Both the position numbers and the translations under genes were made by a program. This document shows, in pieces, positions 26,001 through 40,000 of a DNA stretch of 64,000 bases (positions within the stretch are counted from its first letter, which is position 1; every line of letters begins with the position of its first letter). A model generated the notes under the pieces. The model ran no database searches, was not told where the DNA came from, and was given only the letters and a program-made list of their open reading frames with translations. The stretch spans positions 36,954,001 through 37,018,000 of the forward strand of contig NC_087437.1 in the NCBI RefSeq assembly GCF_036321535.1. Direction: 5' to 3'. The DNA comes from Camelus dromedarius (Eukaryota).

Positions 26001-26199
26001 AGGACCCATGACCCGATTTGCTCTTAAACCTGAAATAACATAATTACGAAAAAGAACAGTGTTTTCCAAGTTTAATGTATTTTCCATTTAAAATCTTATT
26101 TTCCTCAGAAAATTTATTCTCATTATAAAGTTTATTCTAAATAGATAAGGCTTATGTTTTGAATAAGAGTTTTCTTCCTTATAATGTCTAACTGTAAGC

Positions 26200-26960
26200 T
26201 ACTTTGGGGAAATTTATTGACTTTCACTAACAGTTGTGGCTGACTGTCTCACTCAATTTTATTATGTCCTTTTTTTTTTTTAAGTCTCTGGCTTTACTTT
26301 GTTGTTCTTATCTCTAGTCATATGACATGGAAGCTCAGATCATTGATTTTTTTTTAATACATGCACTTAAATGTATAAATATTCTTTCTGCTTTATTTGC
26401 AATGTACAAGTTTTAAAAGTCACATTTTTATTAACTTTTAGATCAAAAATTTTCTGATTTCCATTACGATTTTTTAATATTTACCCTTAGATTATTTAAA
26501 AGTGTATGTTTCATTACTAAATATTTTATAATTTTCTTTAAATTAGTACTTTTACCACTTCTATACCTTTGTGAGACCCTTACGTATATTGAGTGCTATT
26601 CCTTGTCCCCATCTTTTGTGCTTTTGTTTTCATATATGTAATCTCTACATGTGCTTTGAATCCAGTATTATTATGTTATCATTATAATAATAATTTGAAA
26701 TGTGAATATTTATATAGGGTTTGATTAGTTTACCTTGTCCACTACTCTGCATTCTCTATTTCCAGTCACATCTGATGACATTTTTCTTCTTTTAGCGCAG
26801 ATCTGCTTGTTCTGAACCCTCTTAGCTTTTGTCTGTCTAAAAAATATCTTTATTTAATTACTATTTTGAAGAATATTTTATCTGTTTATAGCACTCTGGG
26901 TTAGCATTCTTATTTCAACATTTGAAAGATTGGATTTCATTTGTCTTCTGTAATTTTAGG
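26200..26960 (-). mobile_element. Old L1M internal fragments
   Basis: T-rich antisense L1 text, e.g. CTTAGCTTTTGTCTGTCTAAAAAATATCTTTATTT...TTTGAAGAATATTTT. Confidence 0.55.
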
Positions 26961-29907
26961 AAAATACTATCAAGTCTCCGGTTTCATCTCTACTTTCTAG
27001 TTCATTTGAGGGAAGAAGCAGTTTCCTGTTTTATGGTTAAATTTGTTACTCTCTGCTTTTTATTTTTACGTTCCTTTATTAATAATTAGGCCAAGAGTTT
27101 GCTCTCTTTTAAAAATGTAAGGCTTGCTTGAGTCACGTTATAATATAATAATAAATTTAAAATTAGCCTACAAATGTGAATAGAAAATAAACATGCAAGT
27201 ATTTTTGTGAGAATATTCCATTTGTGAGACACATCTATTCAAATATAATAGTTGCAGTGTTAAGTTCAGATTAAAAACTGAAAGCTAAAAACATGGGTTT
27301 GATATAATTTTTACAAAATTTAAAAACCACAGCTTTGCTTTTGTGTAGGTCTAGGTTATTTTTAGAGTTGCTCTAATGGCAATTGAAGCTAGGAACCTCA
27401 TGTTACATCTTATTTAAATGAAACAAAAGATGGAACAACACTGTTGGTCCATTTTACTTTCATTCTTTATTTAAATTATCACTTTTATGTTTAAATATAT
27501 GCATGAAGGTCTTGAAATTCCAGGGATTTTTGCCAAAAGGGAACTCAGTCGGCAATATATTAAAACATTAGATGGCAGCAAGTCTGTTTATTCATTTAGC
27601 AAACCTCTGACAATTCTAATGTGAGATCAAGCAATGTTTCAGACTTTAAGTGGAAGTGTATTGTTTTAGCTGACGGAAAGAAAGCAATTAGCTATTACAT
27701 ATCCCAAGCTATGAGTACTAGAAATACAGCATTTATTGGTGAAATTCTAGACACGTGCACAGCCCTATGTGCAAGTAATTGATTTTGATCAATTGAATAG
27801 CTAATATATGTAGAAATAAAAATTACTTGATTTATAAAATTAAGATATATTTTGTATCATTTTTGGTGGTCAGTATTTGAAAGATTATGAGATAGTTCTT
27901 AGCTAAGTGGGTATGTTCCTGCTTTCATGGTGATCTTAACAAGCATCATATGTCTTAGATCTGAAAAAAAAGTTAGAGTTTCCTTGATATTGCATACTAA
28001 TAATTCAAGAGGGAAACTCTAGATCATTTTAATAGCATTCAGTAAATTTAAAATATTGTGATACATCAAAAAGCAAATGCATCTGAAAACTTCTCATAAA
28101 GGCTATTTGCTGACAGGTTTTACATAATTACTTGCCACGTTTAGAAGTGCATATAACACAGCTCTTGCAGAGATTCTCTCACCCAACTAGACTGCTTTAA
28201 TTACAGCTGATGACTGTAAGCATGGTCCATCACTGATTCCTCTTAAACAGGGAAACAAACTATCATGTAGCCTTTCATATGATCTATTCCATTTGCCAAC
28301 TGAATAAGCAGGTTTGTTGGCATACGATAGTGCTAGAGTTTCTTTCCCCTAGTTCCACTTAAATATTGTTCTACATTTATTGTCTTATCTGTATGGTATG
28401 GCTCAATATTTAGAAAGCATTTAAAATTACCTATTTTCTCAGCACTTTCCAGGGTGAAGGATATTAAAAATAAGATATAGGGCCTTATAGTTAATTACTA
28501 ACATAATTAACATAATATTGGCATTCTCTGGAAAATAGAACCACATCATTGTAAATGTATTCAGTGACTAGTGTGCTTGTCCTAAACTTGCAACACAATC
28601 AACCAACATGTGATATAATATTAGAGAAGGGAAGGCTAATTGTCAATGAAAGGAGGAAGAAGGTAAAAACACCAATTTGGACTTTGTTTATGGTCAGCAT
28701 GGAAGAAAAGAAAATGTTTAGATATGGAGAGCTAATTGAAGTTCCAGCCTTAATTATTTTGTTTCTGAGGGTTGCATGAATACTGCCAAATTTATCACTG
28801 ACTTTGTAGAAGAGTTCTGAGTACAAATCTGACACAGGACAGCTGATGCAATGAGAGAGGTGAAGCATAAATATCCCCAAACAACCTATTTTCCATATTG
28901 AAATGTGTTTCTTCTAAGATGGGAAAGCTTTAATGAAGTTGAAGATGACTGCAAAGTGGCTTACCTGACAGATGAAGCAATAAGCCCATTCCCTCTCTGC
29001 AGCTGAAAGCTTAAAATTACCCATCTGTCATCCCTCTAGTGGGTGGGGATTATAATGGAAGGCAGCAAGCTATCTTAATTACATAACTATTCCAGTTCCA
29101 ATTATATATCATGTGGAGTTTAAAATACATTATCTCCCTACAGTAAACTGAATGTGTAACAATGGCACTTCTCAGTTTTATCTTTGACATTTCTATTTTT
29201 TCATTACTGAATTTTGTTCAGTGTAATATTTTTAGCACATTTATCTTGATGTGACTTCTCCTGTCCTTTTTTTTGCTATTAAATTATGAAATATGCATTA
29301 CTTATTTGTTGGCAATTACTATGTGCCTGAATCCATATCAGTATACATCATATGAGTTATGAGGAAAAAGAAAAGTAACAACATGACTTAAATTTAGACT
29401 TTTATTTTTCTTAATTGTTTTTCTTGTAAAAATCATTCTCTGTCACTTTATACAATAGTTCTCAAGGTACCCTGTCCCAAGGGACTCCACAAGGTGTATA
29501 GACTTACTCACATGACTGAGCAAAAGTTCCTATTCTTCACTTAAACAGTGGGATAGATACTAGAAGTCCAAACATCATACTGTTTGGGGGGGTTTTCCCT
29601 TTGACGTGACTCACTCAGTGGTAACCTTGAGCTGTGACTCTCACAACTGAGACGTGACAGGAATATTGAACATGTTAGGATTAAGATAACATTTAAAGAG
29701 GAAATCTTTTAAATTTTCTACATAAAAAGACAATGAGACAGGGATATTCCATTTAGATAAAATGCCATTAAAAAACAGACTTTGACAGATGATATAAACA
29801 AGGGAATATATTCTCTTTTATTTCATTTTTCAAACCTAAAAAACTGAAACATTACTATTTTTATGTTGCCTTTGTTTTTATATGGAAAAAAAAGTCTCCT
29901 AAACATT

Positions 29908-30337
29908 TGTATCAGTTAGTTACTTCTGCATAACAAACTCCACCAAACTCAGCACCTCATAACAATTAGTATTTATTTAGCTCACAGTCATTTGGATCAG
30001 ATGGTATGAGTGGGGCTTGCTGCTGCAGCTTTTCTTTGTAGCTTTTCTGCTGGACCTGGCACCAAAGTTTAGTCCAAGTACAATGATCTCATAGTAATGG
30101 CAGAAGCACAAGACACAAGTGGAAATGGACAAGGAGTCTCAACACGCAGGCTTAATACTCATGCACACTTACTTCAGCCTGATTCTATTGGTTAAATAAA
30201 CCACATGACAAACCCAAAAATTCACAGGTCAGGGAAAGATACTCCATCCCTTAATGAAAGGAACTGAAAAGCCACCTGACAAAGAGTGTGAAATTGTGAG
30301 GAATGAAGAGGTGAGGTTAACAATGTGATCAACCACA
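29908..30337 (-). mobile_element. MLT1 (G/H-like) MaLR solo LTR
   Basis: TGTATCAGTTAG...GCATAACAAAC...ATTCTATTGGTTAAATAAACCACATGAC...AACCACA; TG...CA ends. Confidence 0.8.
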
Positions 30338-30512
30338 GCTAAATACCTATCAAGTGCCGATATTCTGAGAATTGTGCTGGCTCAAATGGGAGATTAACAA
30401 ACTGAAGACAGGGTTAATGCCAGAAGAGTTTATAATCTACCTGAGTGGATAACAAATAACTTCTTGGGGAGGGGGGAAGATAAATTAGTCATTGTTGTGT
30501 AAATGTGACTTC

Positions 30513-31047
30513 TGTATTGGTACTTTGTAGGCACACATCTTACTTTTGGGGAATTTTACACATTTTTTGGTACAAACTCAGGCTCAGTGAGAGGTAGACC
30601 ATGTCTCCCAATATAGAAGCTGAAAACACCAGTCTTCTTGGTTCCCTAGAACTTAGGACCTGGTCATAAGATCTAGGCTCAACCTATGGTAGCGGGTAGG
30701 GATGTGAAAGGATGTCAGAAACTTTGAATTTGGAGCTATGCTTGAACAGAAGGGATGGTAAAGAATTTTTTTTTCTGGGAGAAGGGTTAGTGCTTCCAGG
30801 GGCACCAGAAAAGGGACCGAGGGAAGAGGTGCTGGTAGAGGCATGGCCACTAGTGTTAGACAGTTAGAGGTATTTTTCTAGATGAGTTTTGGCTGCATTT
30901 TTTTTCTGGCTTAAATCTCTGTTTTATCTTTATCTCATTCTGATATGCCAGTCATCCCACCTATATTCTTTAAATAAATTCCCTTTCTCTGCTCAAATAA
31001 AGTAGAGTCATAGTCTGCTGCTTAAAACTATGAACCCTGACTGATAC
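30513..31047 (+). mobile_element. ERVL LTR (LTR33-like)
   Basis: AGAAGCTGAAAACACC...GGTCATAAGATCTAGGCTC...AATAAATTCCCTTTC...GAACCCTGACTGATAC. Confidence 0.7.
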
Positions 31048-31199
31048 CTTCAGAGTCTAAAGTAAGAGGTAAACTCTTGTCTCTGGAGTAAATAAAGGTT
31101 AGATATCCCCAGCAAGGAAAGTGGCATGAGTAATATAATTTACACAATTAACAGTAGGCCAGTGTAGAGCTAACTTAAGAGAGAGGATTAAGCTGGCCC

Positions 31200-32460
31200 T
31201 CTCTAGCCCTCCTCCATTTTTCCTGCCATACATTTCACTGGGAGTTCTTCTGTTACCATCTTATTGCAAGCATTCAGTCCCAAAATTGTAATGACTCTGA
31301 GTCTCTGACTTGCATGACAGTTTACAGTTGATATTATTACTAAAGTGAACTCTAATAACTTGGTGGATTCTGTGACATGTACCCTTTGGAGTTTTCTCTT
31401 ATGTACCTGGCTACCCCTATTCAGCCTCATTCTCCAACTTTCTTCCTTTGTCTCACAATGGCTGGTGTTCTTTAGGATTCTTTCACAAACATATTTTTGT
31501 TCTCACTTTACTCATTTTCCCGGGCAAAACTATTAATTCCCATATTTTCAGAAACCACTTATATGTTGCTGTCTTACACATCTATATTTACAGCCCTGAT
31601 CCCTCTCGAGTCCCAGACACATATAATTAGCTGCCTAGGAGAACTCTCAAATTGGATGTGCAAGAGGCACTGCCAGTTCAAACAGTTCAAACTGAACTTT
31701 TTACTGTCCTTTTTGCCTTGGTAAGTGGTGTCACCAATTCAGATATTTGTGACTTTACCGTATTTCTTATCGAGTCCCACTACCACCTCTACTTCCACCC
31801 TATACTGAATCAACCATTAGGGCCTATTGATTTTTCTTCCATGATATTATATTTCTCAAGTATGTCTTTTTTGTTTGTTTGTTTGTTTTGTTTTTCCCAT
31901 CTCATTGCCATTATCTTTGTTCTGTCTGACATTATCTTTCATTTGATTTATCATAAGTGTCTCATATCAGGTAGTTCTCCTTCAAGAATAGTTTCTCTCC
32001 AAATTTGTTGATAATATAGCCACACTTTCTTTATGAAGATTTAAATGATTACTATATTTTAAAAAAGTATTTAATAATTGCCCTCAGAACAAACTTCTCT
32101 CTTGAAAAACTGATACAGCATACAAAATCCTGTGACTTCTTCCTTACCTCTCTAGGTTCAGCTTTGAGTTTTTCCTTCTCCATCTCACTTCTGTCACAAT
32201 CTCAAAAACATTTAATACTCCTGCATGAAATTTATCTAAGTTTGTCATCTTTCATTCCTCTACCTCTTACCAGGTATTTCATATCCCCACCAAATGCATC
32301 CTAAACCAGGTAACACCTAACCACTACTCAAGACTCAGCTTAGGTCTCATCCATTCTCTGAAGGTAACTTCAGTGTACCTCCTTGAATCTGAGAAGGGCT
32401 CTTGCTAGGACATCTTAGCATGCTGAACTTACTCATTTTGAGGCATTAGATGTTGTACAA
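31200..32460 (+). mobile_element. L2 fragment
   Basis: CCCAGACACATATAATTAGCTGCCTAG...TTGGATGTGCAAGAGGCAC...AAACTGAACTT; later CTCAAGACTCAGCTTAGG. Confidence 0.75.
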
Positions 32461-32794
32461 AAAAATGTTGATTCATATCTGTGTCAAACACTAAACTCTA
32501 AATTTACACCTGTCAGTATCACACTCTTTTTGCTGTATTGCATGCAGTAGATAATTAATAAATATGTGATTATTTGAATTTGTTGCCTATGAAGATGAAT
32601 ATGGACATTTTCTGTTAGATAAAAAAGTTGTCTCAAATGGATTAGTTTCCAATTATGGTAATTCAAGAATAATTTACAAAGCACTTAAAATTTTTATGTA
32701 TTCTATACACTCGCTGCACCAAATTACTTGCCAATCTCATTAACTTATTTTTGCTCATATTATTACATTAGCATCATTTTTATAACTATTTTTA

Positions 32795-33244
32795 TTGAAG
32801 TATAGTCAGTTTACAATGTTGTGTTAATTTCTGGTATACAGCATAGTGAGTCAGTTTTTTATATTCCTTTTCATATTCCTTTTCATATTCTTTTTCATTA
32901 TAGGCTATTGTATATTGAATATACTTCCCTGTGCAATACAGTAGGACCTTGTCATTTATCTATTTTATATATAGTAGTTAGTATCTGCAAATCCCAAACT
33001 CCCAGTTTATCCTTCCCCCCACACCTTTTTCCCTGGTAACTGTAAGTTTGTTTTCTATGTCTGAGTCTGTTTGTTTTGTAAATAAATTCATTTATGACCT
33101 TTTCTTAGATTCCACATATAGGTGATATCATATGGTATTTTTCTTTCTCTAATCTAGCTTACTTCACTTAGTATGACAATCTCCAAGTCCATCTGTGTTG
33201 CTGCAAAGGCATTATTTCATTCTTTTTTATGACTGAGTAGTATT

Positions 33245-33306
<62 letters not shown>

Positions 33307-34375
33307 CGCGCACGCGCGCGCGCGTATCAAAACTTTTTTATCCAATTGTCTGTCAATAGACATTTAGGTTGCTTCCAAGTCTTGGCTATTGTAAATAGTG
33401 CTGCTGTGAACACTGGGGTACAGGTATCGTTTTGAATTAAAGTTCCCTCAGAATATATGCCCAGGAGTGAGATTACTGGATCATATGGTAAGTCTATTTT
33501 TAGTTTTTTAAGGAATCTCCATACTGTTTTCCATAATGGCTGCACCAAACTACATTCCCACCAACAGTGTAGGAGGGTTCCCTTTTCCCCACACCCTCTC
33601 CAGCACTTATTGTTTGTGGACTTTTAAATGATGGCTTTTCTGACTGATGTGAAGTGAATACCTCATTGTAGTTTTGATTTGCATTTCTTTGATAATTAGT
33701 GATAGAGCATTTTTTCATACCTATTGGCCATTTGTATGTTTTCATTGGAAAAACATTTGTTTAGGTCTTCTGCCCATTTTTTGATTGAATTGTTCTTTTT
33801 TTGTTAGTAAGTTGTATGAACTGTTTGTATATTCTGGAAATTAAGCCCTTGTCAGTCACATCATTTGCAGATATTTTCTGCCATTCAGTCTTGTTGTTTT
33901 GTTTCTTGTTTCCTTTGTTGTGCAAAAGCTTTTAAGTTTAATTAGGTTCTATTTGTTTATTTTTGCGTTTATTTCTATTTCCTTGGTAGACTTCTCTAGG
34001 AGAACATTGCTAAGATTTATGTCAGAGAGTTTTGCCTGTGTTTTCTTCTAGGAGGTTTATAGTGTCTTGTCTTCTATTTAAGTCTTTAAGCCATTTTGAA
34101 TTTATTTTTGTGTATGGTATACAGGAGTGGTCTAGCAAAATTGATTTACATGATTTCCCAATACCACTTGCCAAAGAGGTTGTCTTTTCTCCATTGTATA
34201 TTCTTGTCTCCTTTGTCAAAGATTAATTGACCATAAGACTGTTGGTTTATTTCTAGGCTCTCTATTCTGTTCCATTGATCCATATGTCTGTTTTTGTGCC
34301 AGTGCCATGCTGTTTTGATTACTGTAGCTCTGTAGTATTGACTGAAGTCTGAGAGAGTTATTCCTCCAGATTCCT
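32795..34375 (-). mobile_element. 5'-truncated L1 (ORF2 end + 3' UTR), ~1.6 kb
   Basis: ORF2 peptides ([60 protein letters not shown]); ~21-bp TSD TCATTTTTATAACT(A/G)TTTTTA at 32774-32794 and 34376-34396. Confidence 0.97.
33247..33325. repeat. Compound (TG)n(CG)n microsatellite
   Basis: About 26 TG units followed by CGCGCGCGCGCGCACGCGCGCGCG. Confidence 0.98.
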
Positions 34376-35845
34376 TCATTTTTATAACTGTTTTTAAGGA
34401 GAATTTATATTTATTGCTATGATTTCTTACCTACTAAATACCTTTTTGATTACTAAGTTAATTTCTTAATGCATTGATGCTGACTATTCAATATCAAATA
34501 CTTCAACTAGTACCATGAAATATAACTTGTAATTTACATGTAACAATATATTTTAAAAAGAGGTAATTAACAGTTATATTTGTTAATATAGTAAATAAAG
34601 TAATAAAAATCAGATATTATGAGTGTTTATGTTAGCTGAATTTTACTTTCTTAACTGTTAACCTCTTACTAAAAATGACTGACTAGATTAATTAATGACT
34701 AGATTAATTAATTAATGGATAACTACATACTAAACCTTTGCAAGAAAATTTGCAAGATTTTTCTGTGAAATGCTACATACCAAGATAGAACTAAATCTTG
34801 TTTATACATCGTTCTATAAGGAATACTTCTAACCTGTATTTCCATGCTAGGAGTAAAAATCTTTAAGATTCTGAAAAGAACTGCCCAATCCATATGTTCT
34901 ATCTAAATCTAGTCTTTATGGAATTCTTTAGCTCAAGACTTGGCAAAGATATCAAATTATTTAACTTAGAAACAAAATGTACTAAAAATCTAAAATGAGA
35001 GAAATTAAAGTTTAAGTCTAAACCTGATACATAAGAAACCTAAACTGATATCCAATGAAGATCTAATGTATAATTTTAAATCTTCTTTCCTAAGGAAAAA
35101 AGGTGAAAAATCTGCAGCTTTGGTTAGACCATAATATCTGTTTTACATTTTTTTAATGTTTAGTTGTCTTTACCATTTTGCAGTGTTCTTGGCCCTTTCC
35201 ACTTGCCCTGAAATTTTTTTTCTTTATAACTGGGACATTTATTAATAGTTAGATTCTTTTAAGTTTAAATATGTTAATGAGAAAGTATTTAATCTTTGTT
35301 TAATTGTTGCTAAAAGGAATAGTTCTCATTTATCTCTATAGCTGAGTCCTCCCAAAAATAACAAGGGTGAACCAAGAACATGTTAGTTTCTTCTTTCCAC
35401 TATTATCTTATTGAAGTTGCCACATAAAGATTTTAAGACAATAGAACAAAACTATCAGCAGAACAAGAATAGGATTACAAGCCACATGAGAGTTTACTAT
35501 ATTCTGGAAAAGCAATGGAAACATATTGTGAGATTAATCATGTGAAGTTAGTTAAAATCCTAACTAGAGAGTCGGAGAGTCTACTCAGCTGAAGAGGTGA
35601 GTGATGTGACCAGTATAAAGTTGTAGAAAATCTAGAATCAAGGTCTGTAGTGGAAGCTCAGAGTTAGATATTTCATTACAACTATTTTGCTATATAATAG
35701 CTGCATCAGTCATCTTCTAGATTGAAGAGAGACAGGCTAAATTCTAGAAAAAGTGAATTTGAGTTACTGGGGCAGAAGTATTGTTGATGGAAGTTGCTGA
35801 AGAGTTTCTGGCAATATTTCTTGTCTTCCTTTAATATCCATGGGA

Positions 35846-36076
35846 AGGGGGAAGGGATAAATTGGGAGTTTGGGATTAGCAGAGATGAACTACTATATAC
35901 AGAACAGATTACAAAATAAGATCCTACGATAGAGCACAGGGAACTATATTCAATAACTTCTAATAACCTATAATGAAAAAGAATATGAAATATATGTATG
36001 TGTGTAACTGAATCACTATATGGTACACCAAAAACTAATACAGCCTTGTAAGTCAAACAAATGTCAATTAAAAAAA
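35846..36076 (+). mobile_element. Short L1 3' end with A tail
   Basis: GGGATAAATTGGGAGTTTGGGATTAGCAGA...GCACAGGGAACTATATTCAATA...; TSD ATCCA(T/C)GGGA at 35836-35845 and 36077-36086. Confidence 0.92.
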
Positions 36077-37309
36077 ATCCACGGGAGACTGATTTCATGA
36101 CTGACTCAGTGCTAGACAAGAGAATTATCTATCTGAAATTCAACTGAGGTTGAATTTGGATTTTATTAGAAGAAAAATGCTATGATACTGGAACTGCATA
36201 TGAGTTATTTCTTGAAACAATCCAGAGAAATGCAAAGAAAATTATCAAAGAAATAGGAATTAGCATGCTTTATTCTAAAATAATGAAGGATAAGTTTGGA
36301 TATAACCAACATGTATTTGTATCTTAATAAAAGTCCCAACATTTTTGCAACTAAAGCAAAAGAGACTAATTTATGAAGAATTAAGGAGCTTACATGACAA
36401 AAAGTTCATGCAATATACTATTAAATGTTGTTTAGTCTCCATACATATGTATATATGTGTATCTTAGTGTGTACATGTTTATGTCATCAACATATATGTA
36501 TTGAAGAATATAAATGTCTTCACAAGTTGGGAAAAATTCCATAGATATGCCTTTAATATATTTGATATAAATAGTCAAATACAGTATGTCTGGTCATTTC
36601 CCTTTTTAAAATTCTTGCTGTTCTCATGATAAGAGACTTTAGGAAGCAAGAACTAGTGAATAATCTAGAATGCAAATTTTTTAAAGTCAATAATATGATT
36701 ATGGATATCTGTCTAATAATATTAGTAAGTACATCACAAACTTTGATTTTTTTTAAACACTGGGCATCCTGCCACAATTCCTTTGACCTATATTTTCTGT
36801 TAGTGATATTTCCATACAAGTTATTATAATTTCATCATTTTCACAACCCCTAAATGAGGCATATACAAAGCACAAATCAATTTATGATAAAAATGTCAAT
36901 TTGTTTTATAATTTTATCTCAAATTCTACTGTAAAGAAGTTTTAAGAAGATTTCCATCATCCAGGCATGCATCCTGGACCATTTTATGAAATGAACTTTA
37001 GGATATAATTACTTACCAAATAATACATTTTCTGTTAGGTTAATACCCAATTCAGAGAAACACCAGAAATCTGCCTTAAAAAAAAAAAAAAAACCCAAAC
37101 ATAGTACTCTTTTATGAGAACCTCAACATAGATACCAAAATGTTTTAAATCAGAAAATTTATAGGCGATGGGAAAGTAAGCTGTAAACATAGTTAGGTGC
37201 CCAATCCATCTCTATAACTATTTAATCTTACTCAATTTTATTTTCTGTACAATTGTAACACTACTTAAACTTGCCTTGGTGCACTTTTATTGAATATTTC
37301 AATGTATTT

Positions 37310-37650
37310 CTTAATCAACATTTACTTAATCCCACTTCCATCAAGATATTAAGCCAGACACTTAACTTTCTGGGTTTTGTAACAGGGCCATGAGACAGAA
37401 ACGTAACTAGTACAATGTTCCTGATCTTGAGATCTCGAAGACTAGTGAGATCTTAATTAAAGATACCAAGTTAAAGAATAAGTAGACATATGTAGAATAT
37501 GTTATGAACATATGCAAAAAAATTCAACTAACTTAAAATTGAGCGAGAAGAGTGGCAGAGTCAAGATAAATTTCATTAAACACATATTTCAGCTTGATCT
37601 TGAAAGAGAAATTCTTTGGTTATAGGAAGTAGATAAATGAGCTTTTATTA
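37310..37650 (-). mobile_element. Degenerate L2 fragment
   Basis: TCAACATTTACTTAATCCC...GTTCCTGATCTTGAG...CATATTTCAGCTTGATCTTGAAAGA. Confidence 0.45.
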
Positions 37651-38559
37651 AGAGCACCTTGGATATGAACACATCTTTTTGGTTCATTTTTCAATGTATC
37701 TTGTTTTTTTCCTTTTTGAAGTGTAAAATGCCATGACAATAGATGGCTGAGCACTTAAGATTCTACTTTAAGTGGGAAGCCATAAATTTGTCAAGCCACC
37801 AATTTTTATTGTAGTGAAAATATCCCTAGCAAGACACATCTCCTGAGTGTGGGAATCTAGAACAGAAACGTTTACATTTTGCCAACATTATTTTCTGTCA
37901 CGAACAATATTTGGGCAGGTAAAACTTTTTAATGACTCAGACCCAAAACAAGTGAGCTTGTGAACAGCTCCGCTGTTGGATTGTCTCATGAAGGTAGCCT
38001 TTATAATCACAAAATCTACATTTAGAATCACCATGGCCTTTAATGATCATAAAGTCTGTATTTAGAATCACCTTGCTAAAAAGTACACTTTTCTTGCTCT
38101 TTAGAAAATATAATTATGAAAGGGAAAAAAAAAAACTCTCTTGTTTCTTTGAAATGGAAATGCATATAATTCTGAAACTGTAAAAAAGAAAAGGCATTTT
38201 AGCTGATGATGACTCATTAATGTTGTCAATATTGAAGCTCTTTTCCAGGACATGGAGACAGGCAGCTTCTCTGTGCTTTCAGATACTTTGTTTTTATCTT
38301 CCTCTGCCACCTCTGGTCAATAGTTCATCACTATTTTATAGTCTCTTTGCTACTGCGGTACTCCCACTAACAGCAGGACACCATTCTCTAACTTCCTTTT
38401 TTTTAATCAGTCCTTGTCATTTCCATTCTTTAGTGGGATAATTAGTGAAGAGTTTGGGTATTCAAGTTTTTATTAACTAATAGTTATTTATAATGTGTTA
38501 GTTACAGAGACATTTCCTAATTGGTCAATTCTCAACCATAACAAAAAAAGAAAATTGCT

Positions 38560-38744
38560 CTTTTCTCAAGCATTGCAAACTTAAGAATCATCTGTGATGA
38601 TTCCTCTAAAAAATGTGTTTGCTGTCCTCTCCCTGAGAGTCCCAACAATTAAGTTTGTGATGGGACCCAGATATCTATATTTTCATCAAGCACCATAGGT
38701 GCTCCTGCTTCAGGTGCTATAGGGACCACAATTTAAGAAACACT
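38560..38744. mobile_element. MER5A-like hAT-Charlie MITE
   Basis: TTCTCAA...AGAATCATCTG...GGGACCCAG...CAAGCACCATAGGTG...GGGACCACAATTTAAGAAACACTG. Confidence 0.75.
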
Positions 38745-39074
38745 GTTAACAAGACATAATATGTTGCATAGATCTTGGCATTCAGATTTTTTCTTTCAGA
38801 AATACTTACTGCTTAATCTGTTTTTAGAGTGTAGACTTCTGTGGTATGTTAAATTATTCCCTAGCAATAGTTGGAGGAACTTTGCTGTGAAGTAAAGGAT
38901 ACTAGCACCTGATATTTCTCTCTTGACTGACAAATAGGAAAATAAGCGTGGGTCTGGACTTCTCTGCCACCTACCACCATTTTTTTTTTTCCGGTTTAGT
39001 TCTATGTCTTTCACCTTATTGTTGCCAACCACTGTGATTCCATTTATTGGTATCTTTACTAAAGAAAACAGTAG

Positions 39075-40000
39075 TCATATTTATTCAAAGGCTCCTATGT
39101 GTTAGGCTTCAGTAAAATTATGGAGGAAAGAATGGTAAACATATGGTGTCCTTGTCCTCATACAGTTTACAGTCTTGTGTGGGAAACAAATTTAAGCAAA
39201 TAACCATGCACTTGACTTAAAATATAACTGATAAGTGCTGTGAAAGAAAAGAATACACAGTACTTCGTATCATATATCATGTAAAAAGATTTGGGAAGGC
39301 AAGTAGTCTTTTCTAAGGAAGTGAAATATTCTGATGTAAAAGTAGTCCAATGGAAGGGAAAAGTAATAAAGAGCATTCCAAATTTAGAAGAGAGTGCAAT
39401 TGAAAGCCCAGAAGAAATTAGATAAAACCGATGTGGTTTATACTAAATGAGCACAAGTGAAATGGACAGAAGATGGGATTGTTTTGGTCACTAAAGTAAA
39501 AATCATGTCAGCCATTCTTTCCCTTCCTCCCTCCCCTCCCCTTCCTTCTTTCCTTCCTTTCTTTTTCCCTCCCTCCATCCTTCCTTCCTACCTGCCCTCC
39601 CTCCCTTCCTTTCTTTCTTATTACTTCCATGTCTAGTTAAGGATTTGCAGTTAAGAACTAACTGAAAGAATCTAAGTATATAAGTGGCATGATGAGGCCC
39701 AGAGTGTGGTTTTTAAAGGGTAGACCAAAGGAAATAGAGAAGGATCAAATGACAAATATATTTTGTAGATAAAACTGACAAAATTTAGTGGTCAACTGGT
39801 ATTAATCTCAGATAACTCCTCTTCCTTGTGCATCTCCAACATCTGGGCATTTGCCTTAAACAACAGTATGCATAGAGAAGCCACTGGCTGGCAGGTGGAA
39901 CCTGGACAGAGGGGCAGATACCACATTGGGCTTAGAACAGGAGCTCAATTTTGAACAAATTAAATTTCAGATGTTTGTAAGACATGCAAATATGAAGATA
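39075..40000 (-). mobile_element. L2 fragment, split by a simple repeat
   Basis: CATATTTATTCAAAGGCTCCTATGTGTTAGGC...GTCCTTGTCCTCATACAGTTTACAGTCT; later GAGCTCAATTTTGAACAAATTAAATTTCAGATG. Confidence 0.7.
39515..39620. repeat. Polypyrimidine (CCTT/CCCT)n simple repeat
   Basis: TTCCCTTCCTCCCTCCCCTCCCCTTCCTTCTTTCCTTCC... Confidence 0.95.

Noticed and set aside
35706..36119. 137-aa ORF
   Set aside because: Largely antisense to an L1 3' UTR; chance frame
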